A model generated the notes under the pieces. That model saw nothing but the letters and a program-made list of their open reading frames with translations. It did not search any database and was not told the origin of the DNA. A stretch of 64,000 nt of DNA from Haliotis rufescens. Lineage: Eukaryota. This document shows, one piece after another, positions 39,801 through 53,500 of the stretch. Each line of letters opens with the position of its first letter. The first letter of the stretch is position 1. The stretch covers positions 25,234,001 to 25,298,000 of the forward strand of contig NW_025964112.1 of NCBI RefSeq assembly GCF_023055435.1, written 5' to 3'. Position numbers and translations under genes: made by a program.

Positions 39801-42800
39801 TATTTGGTTTTCCAATCTACCCCCACATGACACGCCTGATCCGTATCCCATACCTTTATGTCGTTGATGAATTAAAATATTTGTTACAGATTGTTTGCAA
39901 AATATAATTCCCCAAAACATTTCAGAACTGTAAAATACTTGGTATACCACACATCATACATAGAAAGATGTATGTGACAAACTCAGACATAAAATAAATA
40001 AGTTATTAATTACAAATTCAAGCTAGGAAGATGAAATCAAAATTCGATTCTTGACGGAAGAGGTCTGAAAAGTTCACTGTGGACATTTTCTAAAACTGAA
40101 AACAAGCTTCGCATTCTCAGTTTGTGTCATCTAATTTCAATAAGAAGGAAGAAATTGCAAACATAAGATGAGAAACAAACGCATGAGTCTCGATTCGGCT
40201 TGTCTCAGAAAGGAATGAGTTCGTCACGAACACAGAGGCTAGTAAGGCAAACATGCATACCCCGCACTGAAAATATTCTTCCAAATCATTTTCCTGACGA
40301 TGTGAATGGAACAGTTCTCTTGGATATTTTAGACAATCAGATCGTTGGGGTTGTTTTTTTTGTGCAGGGTATATCAAGACCATGTCGTCTTTGGTAAAGG
40401 AAGCATGGCAAAGGGCCGATTGAGATGAATAAATGTTTGTAAACTCATTATACCACCCGTCCATAAGGTTTATGGTTCTAGGAAAGATTGACGATGGGAG
40501 GGGTGACAGGTACCATCGATTCAGCGTGTTTTGACGCGTGATAATTGTGTACACACTCCAAAAAACATTGGTACAAATTTTGAGCACGGATTTCGGCACG
40601 GAATCGAAAACTCTTTCCTTTTATAAAGTAAATGTTTGCGTCACAAGCCCCTGTGTCTGAAGATTGTTACATTTGAGGGGGTGGGTTATTGTCGTAAGGG
40701 AGGCAACTGTAAATCACGATGGCGCGTGTATCTGAGTTACAAATTGATGAAGCGCATATAAAATATAACCTGTATGTCGGGGAAATTAGCAGGCTTTTAT
40801 TTAGCGAGTGGAAGAGCGCAAATTGTGATTGGGCTTATTTGTGATACGACACCTCTTCGAATAAAAGGGGTGCATTCCTGCAAATCGACATGTGGAGACT
40901 TAAACTACCTGGATACGCCGTGATTTACTTCAACGATAAGATGCAGATGTTGTTGAAAAAGACAATTGAATAAACCAACAAAATGCATTCATGGATATTT
41001 GATTTAACTTGTTATTGAGGAACTATCAGCTTTATTCCACCCATACTGGGAAAATGAATCAAAATCCATATGTGATGGGATGGACAGCCAATATTGACGT
41101 TAGGTACTCATTCTCGTAAGATACGAGCGAAAGTTCACGTGTTTCGTAAAAATGGTATCTAACGAGAATTAGTGTGGTATTTTGTTTATTACCCATGTCA
41201 AAATATGTATTTATGTGTAAAAACATAAAAACTTTCTTTCGTTGACAGATCAAACTAAAACCAGTTGCAAATCTGGTTGCGCATGAATATTGATATATGC
41301 CGAAATACGGGCATTGTTGACATTTCTATGCATACGCATTAACAACATGTTCTTGCTGTTGTGTGTGCAAACATGACAGCTTCGACGCTCAAGATCCTAT
41401 TTTAAGAATTTATTCAACTTATGGTAATTCAAGCTCATTGTTGTTCGTACGCATGACACATATAAGAAAATTTTAAAAGTCAATTGGCACCGTGCGGTCA
41501 CTCGCACCGCCGGGGTTCCCGGCTGTGCAATTAAATTTTTGCGGTTTCCTTGATCTATCAGCTGAATATATGTCCTGTCCGTACCGTTATGGAAGAGGGA
41601 AATCAGAGTGCTCGCCAAAGATGTTCATGTTAACTGTACGACCCGATTCTGAAAACGTCAAAATCAACAAACCGAAGTCTGCTTGCATGTCAGTGACAGC
41701 TTCGAACGAAGGTCAAGGTCACCATCGGAATAAGAAAAGACAACCGTGATCTACTCACAGCGTTTTACGCTAGGGAATGTTATTGTTCGCATTTGGATTG
41801 TTCTGGGCCACAAAATCAGAAGTCATGCCCACTTCCACGGATTTTGTAAATGGTTTGTATCGGAACTGTTCACTTTGAGCGATCTGGTCGTGCAGACGTG
41901 TATGTTTATTCATGAACAAACACCGATCACGAAAGAATGCCACAAAATTTGCTTCGAACGGGACACTGATGGCAAAACCAGAGCATTCAACGTAAGTCCA
42001 GATATATATTCAGTTAGTTAAAACTGACTTCAATTCACCACGCTTATCCTTTTGTAGCAGTTTAGTGTATGTCTTTTACGAATCAACAAACACATGCTAC
42101 GGGTTGAGGTCTTATTGCAGATGCCAAAGATCAAGGATCTAAGATATCAGACACCCTGAAACACATAATTACATAATAAATAATAGGTAAAACATTACCA
42201 TCAATGCTTGATACATAGCATAGGCTTGTTACAAGTAACTATTACATACATGTATATGAGTCACTAAAACACTAGATCGACTGTACGCTAAACGATTATA
42301 ATAGAACATATGCAGTAATATACATGCAATGGCGATAACTCCTTGACTTTCATTTGACTATAATATATACACAATAACGCTTACACATTCTGTATAAACA
42401 TACACAACACTTTCAGACAGAAATGAATGATATTATAATATTACATTAAATGTGGTCATAACATTTAGATTACATCTTAAGTATTAGACAAATATAAATA
42501 ACACAATGCATACCCTTTGGATGATACAAGGGTGTGTATCCCAAATGCCACACGTATGGCAACACCATAGATGATCTGAATATATAATGCATAAACTAAA
42601 AAACTATTTAACATTAAGTAATACACACATTTTATTTACAATGATTCGCATGTATCACCTCTGAATCGGTACATTATAAAGCTTTTTAAAACATTCTTGA
42701 AGTAAACACTTTCACACATATTTAATTGAAGTGATAGAATGTATTCTAGTGATAAAGTTTAGTTGTTTAGCTTATCTTATGCAGATTTAAATAATTAGAC

Positions 42801-44741
42801 ATAATCAACATTTATATTAGATAACATACATTTAGTTTACTTAATATAACATTTTAAACATACTGTATTATTTCAATGCAACGCAAGATAGAGATTATAA
42901 CCATTTAACTCACCTAATTTAATATTACCTTTTTATCCTGTGCTGGTCTGAGCAGTTCCGTCTGTTCATGTGCTGAGAGAGTATGCAGTGTAATCAAAGC
43001 ATGCAGTTTAACAATAGGTGTTAGCTTGGCCAATCAGCATATGAAGCTTCTGGCCATGGGGCAGTTAGTAGGTAAAACAGACCAGATACACTTTGTTATA
43101 GCTGACTAAAACTGACAACTAGTTATTTATAATAGATATATGTAAAAACCTAAAGTGAAATTAAAACAAATATGTACAAAAAACAACTTCGGCCACACTT
43201 TTATGTTAAATCAAATTGAAAGTCGAGAAAGTGGTTGGGTGCGTCACGCTCATAGGGACCCTCGATCTGTCGATCGGTTGTAGTACATTGCAAATGGATA
43301 TAGCTCGATTAAATAATGTCTGTAGTAGCTCTGTGCATACTAATGCAGAATGCAAAGCGAAGTTGATGCGTGTGACTATCTTGTTTGGTTTAGTAAAGTG
43401 TGTGTAAATGTCTTTCGCATCCATGAGATTGCTTCAGTTCTGCATTGTAGTTGCAAATAGAATGACGTCTCGCGATTTTTTATGAATGAAAAAAGTAGTT
43501 TCGATGTGACAGAGGTCACGGTTATCCAATCAAAACGAGGTCAACCTTGTACGACACAGGTGTGACGTACGGATTTAGTATATTACCACCTGTATCTTCA
43601 CCACCTGGGTAATAAATTCAAATATGAAGAAATCCCATTTCTTAGCTGAAGAGTGAATCATTCCTGAAATAAGTTATCCAACAGTTCCATTCCCGTACAA
43701 ACCCTAATCAACATTTCTTTTCAAAGGTTGTTTGTTACAGCAACAAGAACGCATGGTACCCAACGAAGGTCGGATAAGAAGAAATGAATAGTTGGTCAAA
43801 ATAGTATTCTTGAAGTGAATGAATAACTTGACATAAGCTGTCTCAAAACTCTTTTTCTGTCATATCTATCTGTCACTACAACCATTAATTTTTTCTCCAT
43901 TACATTTAAGAAAGGAGGTAGAAGCAGAACACATATACAGGTGTGAAATGACTTTACACACCTGACACAAAGTAAAGAAACTGATTGCTTGTCAAAATTG
44001 CACTCTAAAAGTATTGATTATCACTTTCTGCAATGTTGGTTGTAAACTATCATTAACATGTTAGTCAAGGTGATGACAATACATGGAGACGATGTCACAA
44101 CTTCATATGTCATAATCTGTATTAGGTAAACAATACGACTAATTGCCTCTGGTAATACAGTTGCAGTCACTGTATGTCACCAGGTGTTTCTCTTACACTC
44201 AAGACCATTTTCACCGTCTTCTGATGCCAGAAGCCGAATGCACGCTGTTCTCGTACATTATTTGCAAAAAGCATACAGTTTTATGGCTAAGTGATATCAG
44301 GAATGCTCATTAAGCGTTGAGTGTTTCCAGCGTGACGTAAGATTCGCTTTTCCCTGTCAAAACATAACTTGGGTATAATATTATTAGCCGAATATCTTAT
44401 GACATAATCTTAGTCAGCGACTAAATGAGCGTTTTGTGTAGCGTTCTTCGGTCACAGCACTAACATGTTATAAACACAGCAAACATTTAGATAAAGACAA
44501 ATGCAAACTGATAAATGCATGTGCCGAACATGCTCCTTATCAATCTCAGGGTCATCATTACATTACAAATAACAAGAAGCAGGTTTCAGTGAGTACCAGA
44601 TAACTTCTCAGATTTTGTTAGGATATGGTGATGTATTCTTTTTTTCTACTATGCTTACATGTGGCGGATATGACACCAAACTCTCTGAGAAAGTTCATAT
44701 ATTCGTTTCTTTAAGATGCATTGTATCTATGACTGTTTAAT

Positions 44742-46218
44742 TCAGTAGCGATTTCCTTGCTCCATTCCCAACTGTGGACAAACCAGAAGGTTCATCGATG
44801 ATAATTGATGCCGATACGAGAGCTACCCGGTCTTTCTTTTTAACCATTTCCAACAGAAATACACATATACTTGTAGCAAACAGAAGACCCGTTGAAAGAA
44901 ATATATTTTCAATATACGTTTGTCATCGTTGGAAATTTTATAAGACAGATACATAAAATAATAGGTATCCTGTGATCAACACTTACCTGCAAACAAACGC
45001 TGCGTAGTTGGAGTTGGTCAGATTTCTTACTTGAACTGCAGTGAAGAAAATCTTACACAAAAACACGATTACTGTACAATGATAGGACAACATGCAGTTT
45101 TCGTTTGACTAAAGTACTATTAGTAGAACTAGTAAACTAGAACCGATAACAGAGCCTCGTGGAATGATCGGTATATCAGAAAATATAGACACATTAAAGC
45201 TCTATTCATTAAACATTGTGTCATTTCTCATCCAAAATGTTTGCTACACATTCAGTCACCAGTATCCTAAAGAAATGATAATAATATCTAAGGTATAGTG
45301 GGAACGCAACAATTGGAGCACAGTGATCACTACAGCTCGATGTTATGCATTACCTGCTACAGGTGGGCCTATCAAGTTCATTATTCCCGTACTGAGAAAA
45401 ATGAATCCAAATCAATATGATAGGTTCCCCAGTCCAACTTTCTCAAACGTTATTGGCCCAAGGATAACAAATATTGACGTAAAAAGTACGCACCAATGCA
45501 GATGGAGTAGATGTATCGTCCTTCAGTCGAGTGAACAATGAATGGAAGAATTAGAGTTAGGATGGCTGATAGCCCGCAGTTTCCTGCCAGCACAAGCACT
45601 GATCCGATGCGATGATCGTTTGTCAGAACACCTACAAGAACACGTGCTATAAGACTTCCTATTCCTGTAACTGACATAGCCATGGCTGACTCTTGTGGTG
45701 TTGGGCCACTGAAGTTGAAGAAGTCAGGCATGAAGGTCATGATGATTGAAAATCCCATTCTGAAAAGACATATACCTAACACGATAAGAGGAAACGGGTA
45801 GTTTGTTAAAATTCCACGACCAACACCTGAACCAAAGGCAGAAAAGACGGTTGATATGACTGTGCCTTGAATATAAGTCTATGGACATATAAATGTACAG
45901 GTAAGAGTCTCGTATTCTCCTCAGTCTAGGTGGATCAAGTATGATTTACTCAACTGCAGAATATGGTTAACATCGCAAGTTTGGCATTTGGCATGTTTCT
46001 GTTCTTGTTAGCTGACGTTGCTGTAATATGGTCTGACTGGCCTGAATGTTGTGAGTGGACATCATGTGCTTTACCTAGAATACAGCCAAACGTCACAAAG
46101 AGTATCCTCATATCTGATTACAAGCTTCCCAGGGTGAAAACAAGACACGAATCCAGCCCTGCGATGACGACGGCCGTTCTGCAACTGCTTAGGCCAATCA
46201 GAAAACTGCCAACAGGTC
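44742..46218 (-). pseudogene. SLC16/monocarboxylate transporter-like (MFS) gene remnant, multi-exon
   Basis: Exon 46075-46218 (AG/GT bounded) reads GPVGSFLIGLSSCRTAVVIAG...FGCILG with an internal stop. Exon ~45354-45900 reads AMSVTGIGSLIARVLVG...LIGPPVAG with a frameshift and a stop. A small exon lies at 44987-45035 and a terminal exon at ~44742-44892. Confidence 0.75.
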
Positions 46219-47649
46219 CTGTCATGGGATGAATAAAACAACGACAATGAATATGAATAACAACCCCATTTCCAAATGTATTGCTTTTATGATCGCATGT
46301 CATTAAGTAAAATAGCTAGACTGAATGCAAATACGAAACAAAAGTCTTTGTGTTCACTTTTGACTTATCTTGTTTTTATACCAATTAATCAGAAGTACGT
46401 TGCCAATTAAATGCGGATTTTATAAAGAAATTAATGAGTACTGTGACCCTGATTGAGACTATAGTTTTTATTGTATATTGTTGATTGGAATGAAGGTATA
46501 TCATCCTCCCGCTTTATAGAAGAAGGTGTGTCATTCAGTAGTCTCACGTAATTTACCTTCTCACTATTCTTATTCGCATGGATGGAATCGAGGTCTTTAC
46601 AAGATATAATTGTCCTTTTCATTTTGCTACTTCCGGTTTGAAAGGGAAGCTTGGAGTGCATAAGGTCAAGGCAGGATAGCATGTGGTGCACATGGCGATG
46701 TCAATAAGGGACGGAAGCTGGACAAAACTTACAGCTTGGCCATCCATAGACTATCACGCCAACAATTATCGTAGATACAACTCACATTTGTATCATTGAC
46801 AAAATATTCTGCTGTCATCTGGTCTCCATACTGTAATAATTCGGGAAAGCAAGAAATTAATGACATACACTCTCTTAGTCAGTTTTACCAGCCGCGGGAT
46901 CTCTCTAAATGTATCTTGATAGATTATTGCTGAGATATCTGGGATGAAACAGCCTCCCCCTCATTTGTGAGTAGACATGCCCACTGAAGCCCCTGTCACG
47001 GTAATGCACTTGCGTGAATCAGAATGGTATTGTGAAATCCATACATCCGGCTAATGCATTGTCTCAAGTCGTGGTGATATGGAATGAAGGCTATACTTTT
47101 AGGGGCAACATAACTGTTCGAGCTAACAGTACACCTGAGTGGTATTCTTCTGTTCCCTTTCTATGCTATGAGGTCACAATAGAATGATATATGCTGCTGG
47201 CAATGGCCCAAGTTATATAAAACCAACCTCCAACAACATGCATCATGTGTGACACTGAGATGAGCCATCACATCGAAAACATGATTTAAAATTTGATTAA
47301 TTGATTTAAGTATTATATACATTTTGTCATCGAAGATGTGCTTTTGTAAACATTTTCATAATCGACGTCTATCCACAAAATCGAATGCCTTTTTGAAGTC
47401 CACAGAGGCAACATATAATTTAATACATCCTCCCAACTATCCTTCAACTGACACACACACGTTCATACTTACATTCATCGTCACACTCAAACACACACAT
47501 GTACATCCTCACACTCATCGCTACACACACTAACTTTCATGAACATACTCACACTCATCGTCACCCCCCCAAAAAAAATCAAATACAAGTACGTCCTTAG
47601 ACCCATCGGTCACACTCACACACACTCAATCAAAGTCACACTCACATGC

Positions 47650-47882
47650 ACTTACACATACAACCTCACACTCATTGATACACTCACACAAGATCACACT
47701 CAGTTACATCCTCACATACAGCCTCACACTCATTGTCACACTCACACAAGATCACACTTAGTTACATCCTCACATACAACCTCACACTCATTGTCACACT
47801 CACACAAGATCACACTCAGTTACATCCTCACATACACCCTCACACTCATTGTCACACTCACACAAGATCACACTCAGTTACA
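47650..47882. repeat. 58-bp CA-rich minisatellite (~4 units) with a degenerate upstream extension from ~47445
   Basis: cactcacacaagatcacact at 47681, 47739, 47797 and 47855. Confidence 0.85.
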
Positions 47883-48574
47883 ATATATTTCCAAATGCAC
47901 CGAAATTCTATGCCTTTTGATTGTTTAATATATTCAGCAAACATTCGACTTATCGCCTCTTATCATAAGCCCCTCCGGGCAGGACCCTTAATCTCCAGCC
48001 CTATCTGTAAATGTCAATAAATACCTCCTCACGTCGCCGGATCTTACGTATGTACATTCACGTGGTTCTATGACCTTGCCCCACGTCATGTAATACCTTT
48101 ATCTACAAAACCTGACTGACCTGGTGTCAGTAAAACGCGGCAGAGATCGACTCGTGTAAGTGACAGAGCGAGTCTCCCCACCCGGGAACATTGGCCACTC
48201 GGTCCCGGTGTGCGTTCTGTCAGGTTATTATATGTACCTTTTCGATCTGTTCCATAAACATGGCTGCTGTCGTCGAAAACTTCACCCCCGAGTTTTGTCT
48301 TCCCCGTCTCCACCCTGGGCTACCATCCGAGGGCCGAAAACTACGCCCTTGGACATGAACTTGTGGTACCTTGTGCTGTACTCACATTCCAGTGATATTG
48401 GTCTGTGTCCCACTGCCTGATCTGTATATCCAATTAAAACAGTCTTGTCGCGGCTTTATCGCAAAACGTCCAATGATTCAAAAAAACATATTATCTGTTT
48501 GTGAGTTATGGAATGTTGTCCTTCTGTGGTATCGGTGTCCTTTTTAAAACACGTGTATGACAGTTCTGTGACTC

Positions 48575-50800
48575 ACGTTGCTTGGTCTGCACACGATATT
48601 ACAGTAGTTTTGTTACTAACATTGTTTGATCTGCACACGATATTATGACAGTTTGTCACTAACATTGTTTGGTCTGCACACGATATTACAGCAGTTTTGT
48701 CACTAACATTCTTTGATCTGCACACGATATTACAGCAGTTTTGTCACTAACATTGTTTGATCTGCACACGATATTACAGCAGTTTTGTCACTAACATTGT
48801 TTGATCTGCACACGATATTACAGCAGTTTTGTCACTAACAATGTTTGATCTGCACACGATATTACAGCAGTTTTGTCACTAACATTGTTTGATCTGCGCA
48901 CGATATCACAGCAGTTATGTCACTAACATTGTTTGATCTGCACACGATATCACAGCAGTTTTATCACTAACATTGTTTGATCTGCACACGATATTACAGC
49001 AGTTTTGTCACTAACATTGTTTGATCTGCACACTATATCACAGCAGTTTTGTCACTAACATTGTTTGATCTGCACACGATATTATGACAGTTTTGTAACT
49101 AACATTGTTTGATCTGCACACGATATTACAGTAGTTTTGTCACTAACATTGTTTGATCTGCACACGATATTAGGACAGTTTGTCACTAACAATGTTTGAT
49201 CTGCACACGATATTACAGCAGTTTTGTCACTAACATTGTTTGATCTGCACACTATATTACAGCAGTTTTGTCACTAACATTGTTTGATCTGCACACGATA
49301 TTATGCCAGTTTTGTCACTAACATTGTTTGATCTGCACACGATATTACAGCAGTTTTGTCACTAACATTGTTTGATCTGCACACGATATTGGGACAGTTT
49401 AGTCACTAACATTGTTTGATCTGCACACGATATTATGACAGTTTGTCACTAACATTGTTTGGTCTGCACACGATATTACAGCAGTTTTGTCACTAACATT
49501 GTTTGATCTGCACACGATATTATGACAGTTTTGTCACTAACATTGTTTGATCTGCACACGATATTATGACAGTTTTGTCACTAACATTGTTTGATCTGCA
49601 CACGATATCACAGCAGTTTTGTCACTAACATTGTTTGATCTGCACACGATATTATAGCAGTTTTGTCACTAACATTGTTTGATCTGCACACGACATTAGG
49701 ACAGTTTTGTCACTAACATTGTTTGATCTACACACGATATTAGGACAGTTTTGTCACTAACATTGTTTGATCTGCACACGATATTAGGACAGTTTTGTCA
49801 CTAACATTGTTTGATCTGCACACGATATTACAGCAGTTTTGTCACTAACATTGTTTGATCTGCACACGATATTATGACAGTTTGTCACTAACATTGTTTG
49901 ATCTGCACACAATATTACAGCAGTTTTGTCACTAACATTGTTTGATCTGCACACTATATTACAGCAGTTTTGTCACTAACATTGTTTGATCTGCACACGA
50001 TATTACAGCAGTTTTGTCACTAACATTGTTTGATCTGCACACGATATTACAGCAGTTTTGTCACTAAAATTGTTTGATCTGCACACGATATTGGGACAGT
50101 TTTGTCACTAACATTGTTTGATCTGCACACGATATTACAGCAGTTTTGTCACTAACATTGTTTGATCTGCACACGATATTACAGCAGTTTTGTCACTAAC
50201 ATTGTTTGATCTGCACACGATATCACAGCAGTTTTGTCACTTACATTGTTTGATCTGCACACGATATCACAGCAGTTTTGTCACTAACATTGTTTGATCT
50301 GCACACGATATTACAGCAGTTTTGTCACTAACATTGTTTGATCTGCACACGATATTAGGACAGTTTTGTCACAAACATTGTTTGATCTGCACACGATATC
50401 ACAGCAGTTTTGTCACTAACATTGTTTGATCTGCACACGATATTACAGCAGTTTTGTCACTAACATTGTTTGATCTGCACACGATATTATGACAGTTTGT
50501 CACTAACAATGTTTGATCTGCACACGATATTACAGCAGTTTTGTCACTAACATTGTTTGATCTGCACACGATATTACAGCAGTTTTGTCACTAACATTGT
50601 TTGATCTGCACACGATATTACAGCAGTTTTGTCACTTACATTGTTTGATCTGCACACGATATTACAGCAGTTTTGTCACTAACATTGTTTGATCTGCACA
50701 CGATATTACAGCAGTTTTGTCACTGACGTTGCTTGGTCTGCACACAATATTATGAGAGTTCTGGGACTGACGTTGCTTGGTCTGTTCACGATATTATGGC
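48575..50800. repeat. 44-bp tandem repeat CAGCAGTTTTGTCACTAACATTGTTTGATCTGCACACGATATTA
   Basis: About 50 highly similar units with period 44 (48733 and 48777). Confidence 0.97.
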
Positions 50801-51889
50801 AGTTTTTGACTATCTGCAAAAAACCCACTACCGTCAAGTTTGTTACCGCGGTTGTGATCAGGCTGGAATACACGATATGGGAAATAGATGTTTTAATGTT
50901 GAGACAGAACTTGTGTTTGGCTATACATGTTATTTCGGCGGTAGTTTGTTGAGATCACTCTTGGCTTCTTGAAAATGATCGCGTTATAGCGGGAGCTTCT
51001 GTGGTGAGATACCACATCACCCAGTGTCTGCGTGCAGGGTTTCTGCTGACTCAAGACGACTGTCATGCCGATAAGGGACCCCACAACACGACTGTACTTG
51101 TGCACGGATAATACAGGCCGCTGTTCAGTATTATTCAGGTCAAGTGCGTTGTTGTCATCTGAAGGGTCATATGCCGTCGCCATGATATTTTCCTGTGAGC
51201 CTCGTCCATTGGTCGTAGCTAGATTCATTCGGTAAGTACCTGACTTCCTATAATAACGCCAGGAAAACACATATCCAAGAATCGAATATGTTGTATAATC
51301 ATGGTAGTCACGTGTTGCTTTGATAGAAGAAGGCGTGGTGCAATAACCGAGAGAAGCCCCGCACTATAACGAGAACAAAGTTACGCCTCTCATATCTTTT
51401 GTTTAAACCATTATGTGGGCTAGTTCAAATCATGTCTGTGTGAGGGGCATTCTCTATTTAACCCTTAAGTGAAAACACATATCCCACAAAAGTGCGTATG
51501 TTATAAGATTACAACATTACGCGGTAATGTCATTTGATCGTGTTTTACCAGCAGAGTCGGATGTAGTCACTCGAACGCTATCCTTACAGACAGGCATAAC
51601 TTAACTCGCGTTTCACTTCACTCACCACTTATTATCAAGGTAAATTATATTACGATGAGTAATAGTAAAGCGGAATTTTAATGTTACCTGTATGATTTTA
51701 TACTAGTTTCCCACTTAACACTTTTGTGTCATGTTTTTGGAATAAATATTTACTATGACAAAAAAGCGTTGAAACATCACCTTGGCCATACGTTCTTATT
51801 CTTTACGAGATTAATACCGAAGTTAATACTGTTAAGTTAGCGATGTTTTAAGAATTTTCAGTAACCAAATTATTACATCCGAACTTTCA

Positions 51890-52504
51890 AATCTAACACA
51901 TTCTTGTAATTTATTATGTCTCCAGCTTGAGAATCTGCTTCTTCTGATAGGCACTGGTGGGTAGTTGCTGACCAATTGAGACCATTTCTGTACTGATAGC
52001 CTTATTATAGCCTCTTATAGGCTGATGCTTTCCCTATTTGGATGTAATATTTCAGTTGCAGTTGTATAGTTGGTTTTAAGTCAATAGTTAGGTTTGTGAA
52101 CAGAAACTTCATTGACTGGAAAAAAACGATCAGTGGTATTGGGTATATTCCCCAGGGCCTTTTTTCTTCATGGGTTCCAGCCACAGATATCTTGAAAAAA
52201 ACATTGAGAGTTATAAGGTGGTACTTGACACCATCATTGTCAGAAGAAATACATCTGTCCATATCTCACCGAGCCTTCAAACCTGTAGTCACCAATCTGT
52301 TCGCTTGAGCTTGTACCTCCATGGCCTCTGGGGCGAATAGGCATCTAGGGAAACAATCCTTTTCTTAATGTGATGTGATCCTCTTTCAAATTTGTTCTCC
52401 TTTTTTACATTGTGATGTAGTTTAGTGGGTCCAGAAAAGGAAGCGGGGTGTTTTGGATTAACGTAAATACTGGACAAATACTCCTCCCATCCCCCAGCGT
52501 GCAT
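51890..52504 (-). pseudogene. Fragment of a second, different Polinton-type integrase
   Basis: YLSSIYVNPKHPASFSGPTKL...DAYSPQRP, then DNDGVKYHLITLNVF and WLEPMKKK. Frameshifted and truncated. Confidence 0.75.
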
Positions 52505-53500
52505 GATGCAACTATAAAGGATAATAAACCTTTCCTACGGGTATTCATTTTAAAGAGAGGCTAATAAAGGGACATTTCTTTACTGTTTATTCGATTACAT
52601 TGCTTATTGAACACGTATGAAAACAAAGGTTAGGTTAAATATCAATCCATTTAATAAAAGCATTATTCATGTCATGCGACCAGGTCCATTCAAAGACTGG
52701 GATACCCAGTTATTGCGTCACGCTTCGTCACCCCGGCTGGTCCATCTTCAACCAATCAGAATGCGCGGCTTCTAAAGGGCTCATTAGCTCCTGATGTACA
52801 ACTCTCGTTTCCCTATCATCAGACATAACTAAGGTCTAATGAGAAGTCTCTCGAGTTCCTCTTTCTGCCCCCACCGTGTATCAAAGTTTACATAGTAAAA
52901 ACGTTTTCTGTCCAGTAACATTTGTGAACACATTGTCGACCGTGTCAGTCATCCTCTGGTTTAGAAGTGTAGCTAAACTTACGTGTTTTCTTTAAAATGA
53001 GTCTATGTTCAATCCTCGGCCTACAGTACGGACAGGAAGGGAAGGTTCAGGTTCCGTATCCGACGTTGTTAACACAAATATATGAGTGACTGACATCATT
53101 GTTGTATCAGGTTACGACATTCGATATTAACTATTATATGTTTTTAATTTTTATTTCAGGTGAAAAGACCAATTTGTTTGCTGAATGATATGAACACATT
53201 GATTGTGTGAAAACATAATGCTGAAACATCCAAAATAGTGGCCATGGTAAGAGAGGAGACCAGGACCTGCAACTCAGGCACATTTTACTGAAGCTCAAAT
53301 TTTATATCGGCGTTTGCACTATTATATCAGAGTGTATGGTTTAAGGTGTCTCCTTGACCCGATCGTCTGATCAGCCCACACAAACTTGAAACACCTACCA
53401 TTCGCTTACATGAACGTTCGGTGTCTATGGTATTCTGAGCCACATAGCGCAGATCTAGATTCTATGGTTAAGTGCAATTGTATTCCAATTCAAGAAAATA

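Noticed and set aside
40117-40599. 160-aa ORF with a faint THAP-like CHASF..DD segment
   Set aside because: It has a GTG start, lacks the other THAP Cys/Pro/Trp spacing and has no supporting element ends.
46720-46800. Possible first coding exon of the SLC16-like gene (IIVGVIVYGWPS followed by gtaagt)
   Set aside because: Splicing it to the 46218 acceptor would create a stop, and no DGGWGW motif is visible.
48575-50800. CRISPR-like array
   Set aside because: Units are head-to-tail with no unique spacers, there are no cas genes, and the context is eukaryotic. The same applies to the 28-bp and 46-bp arrays.
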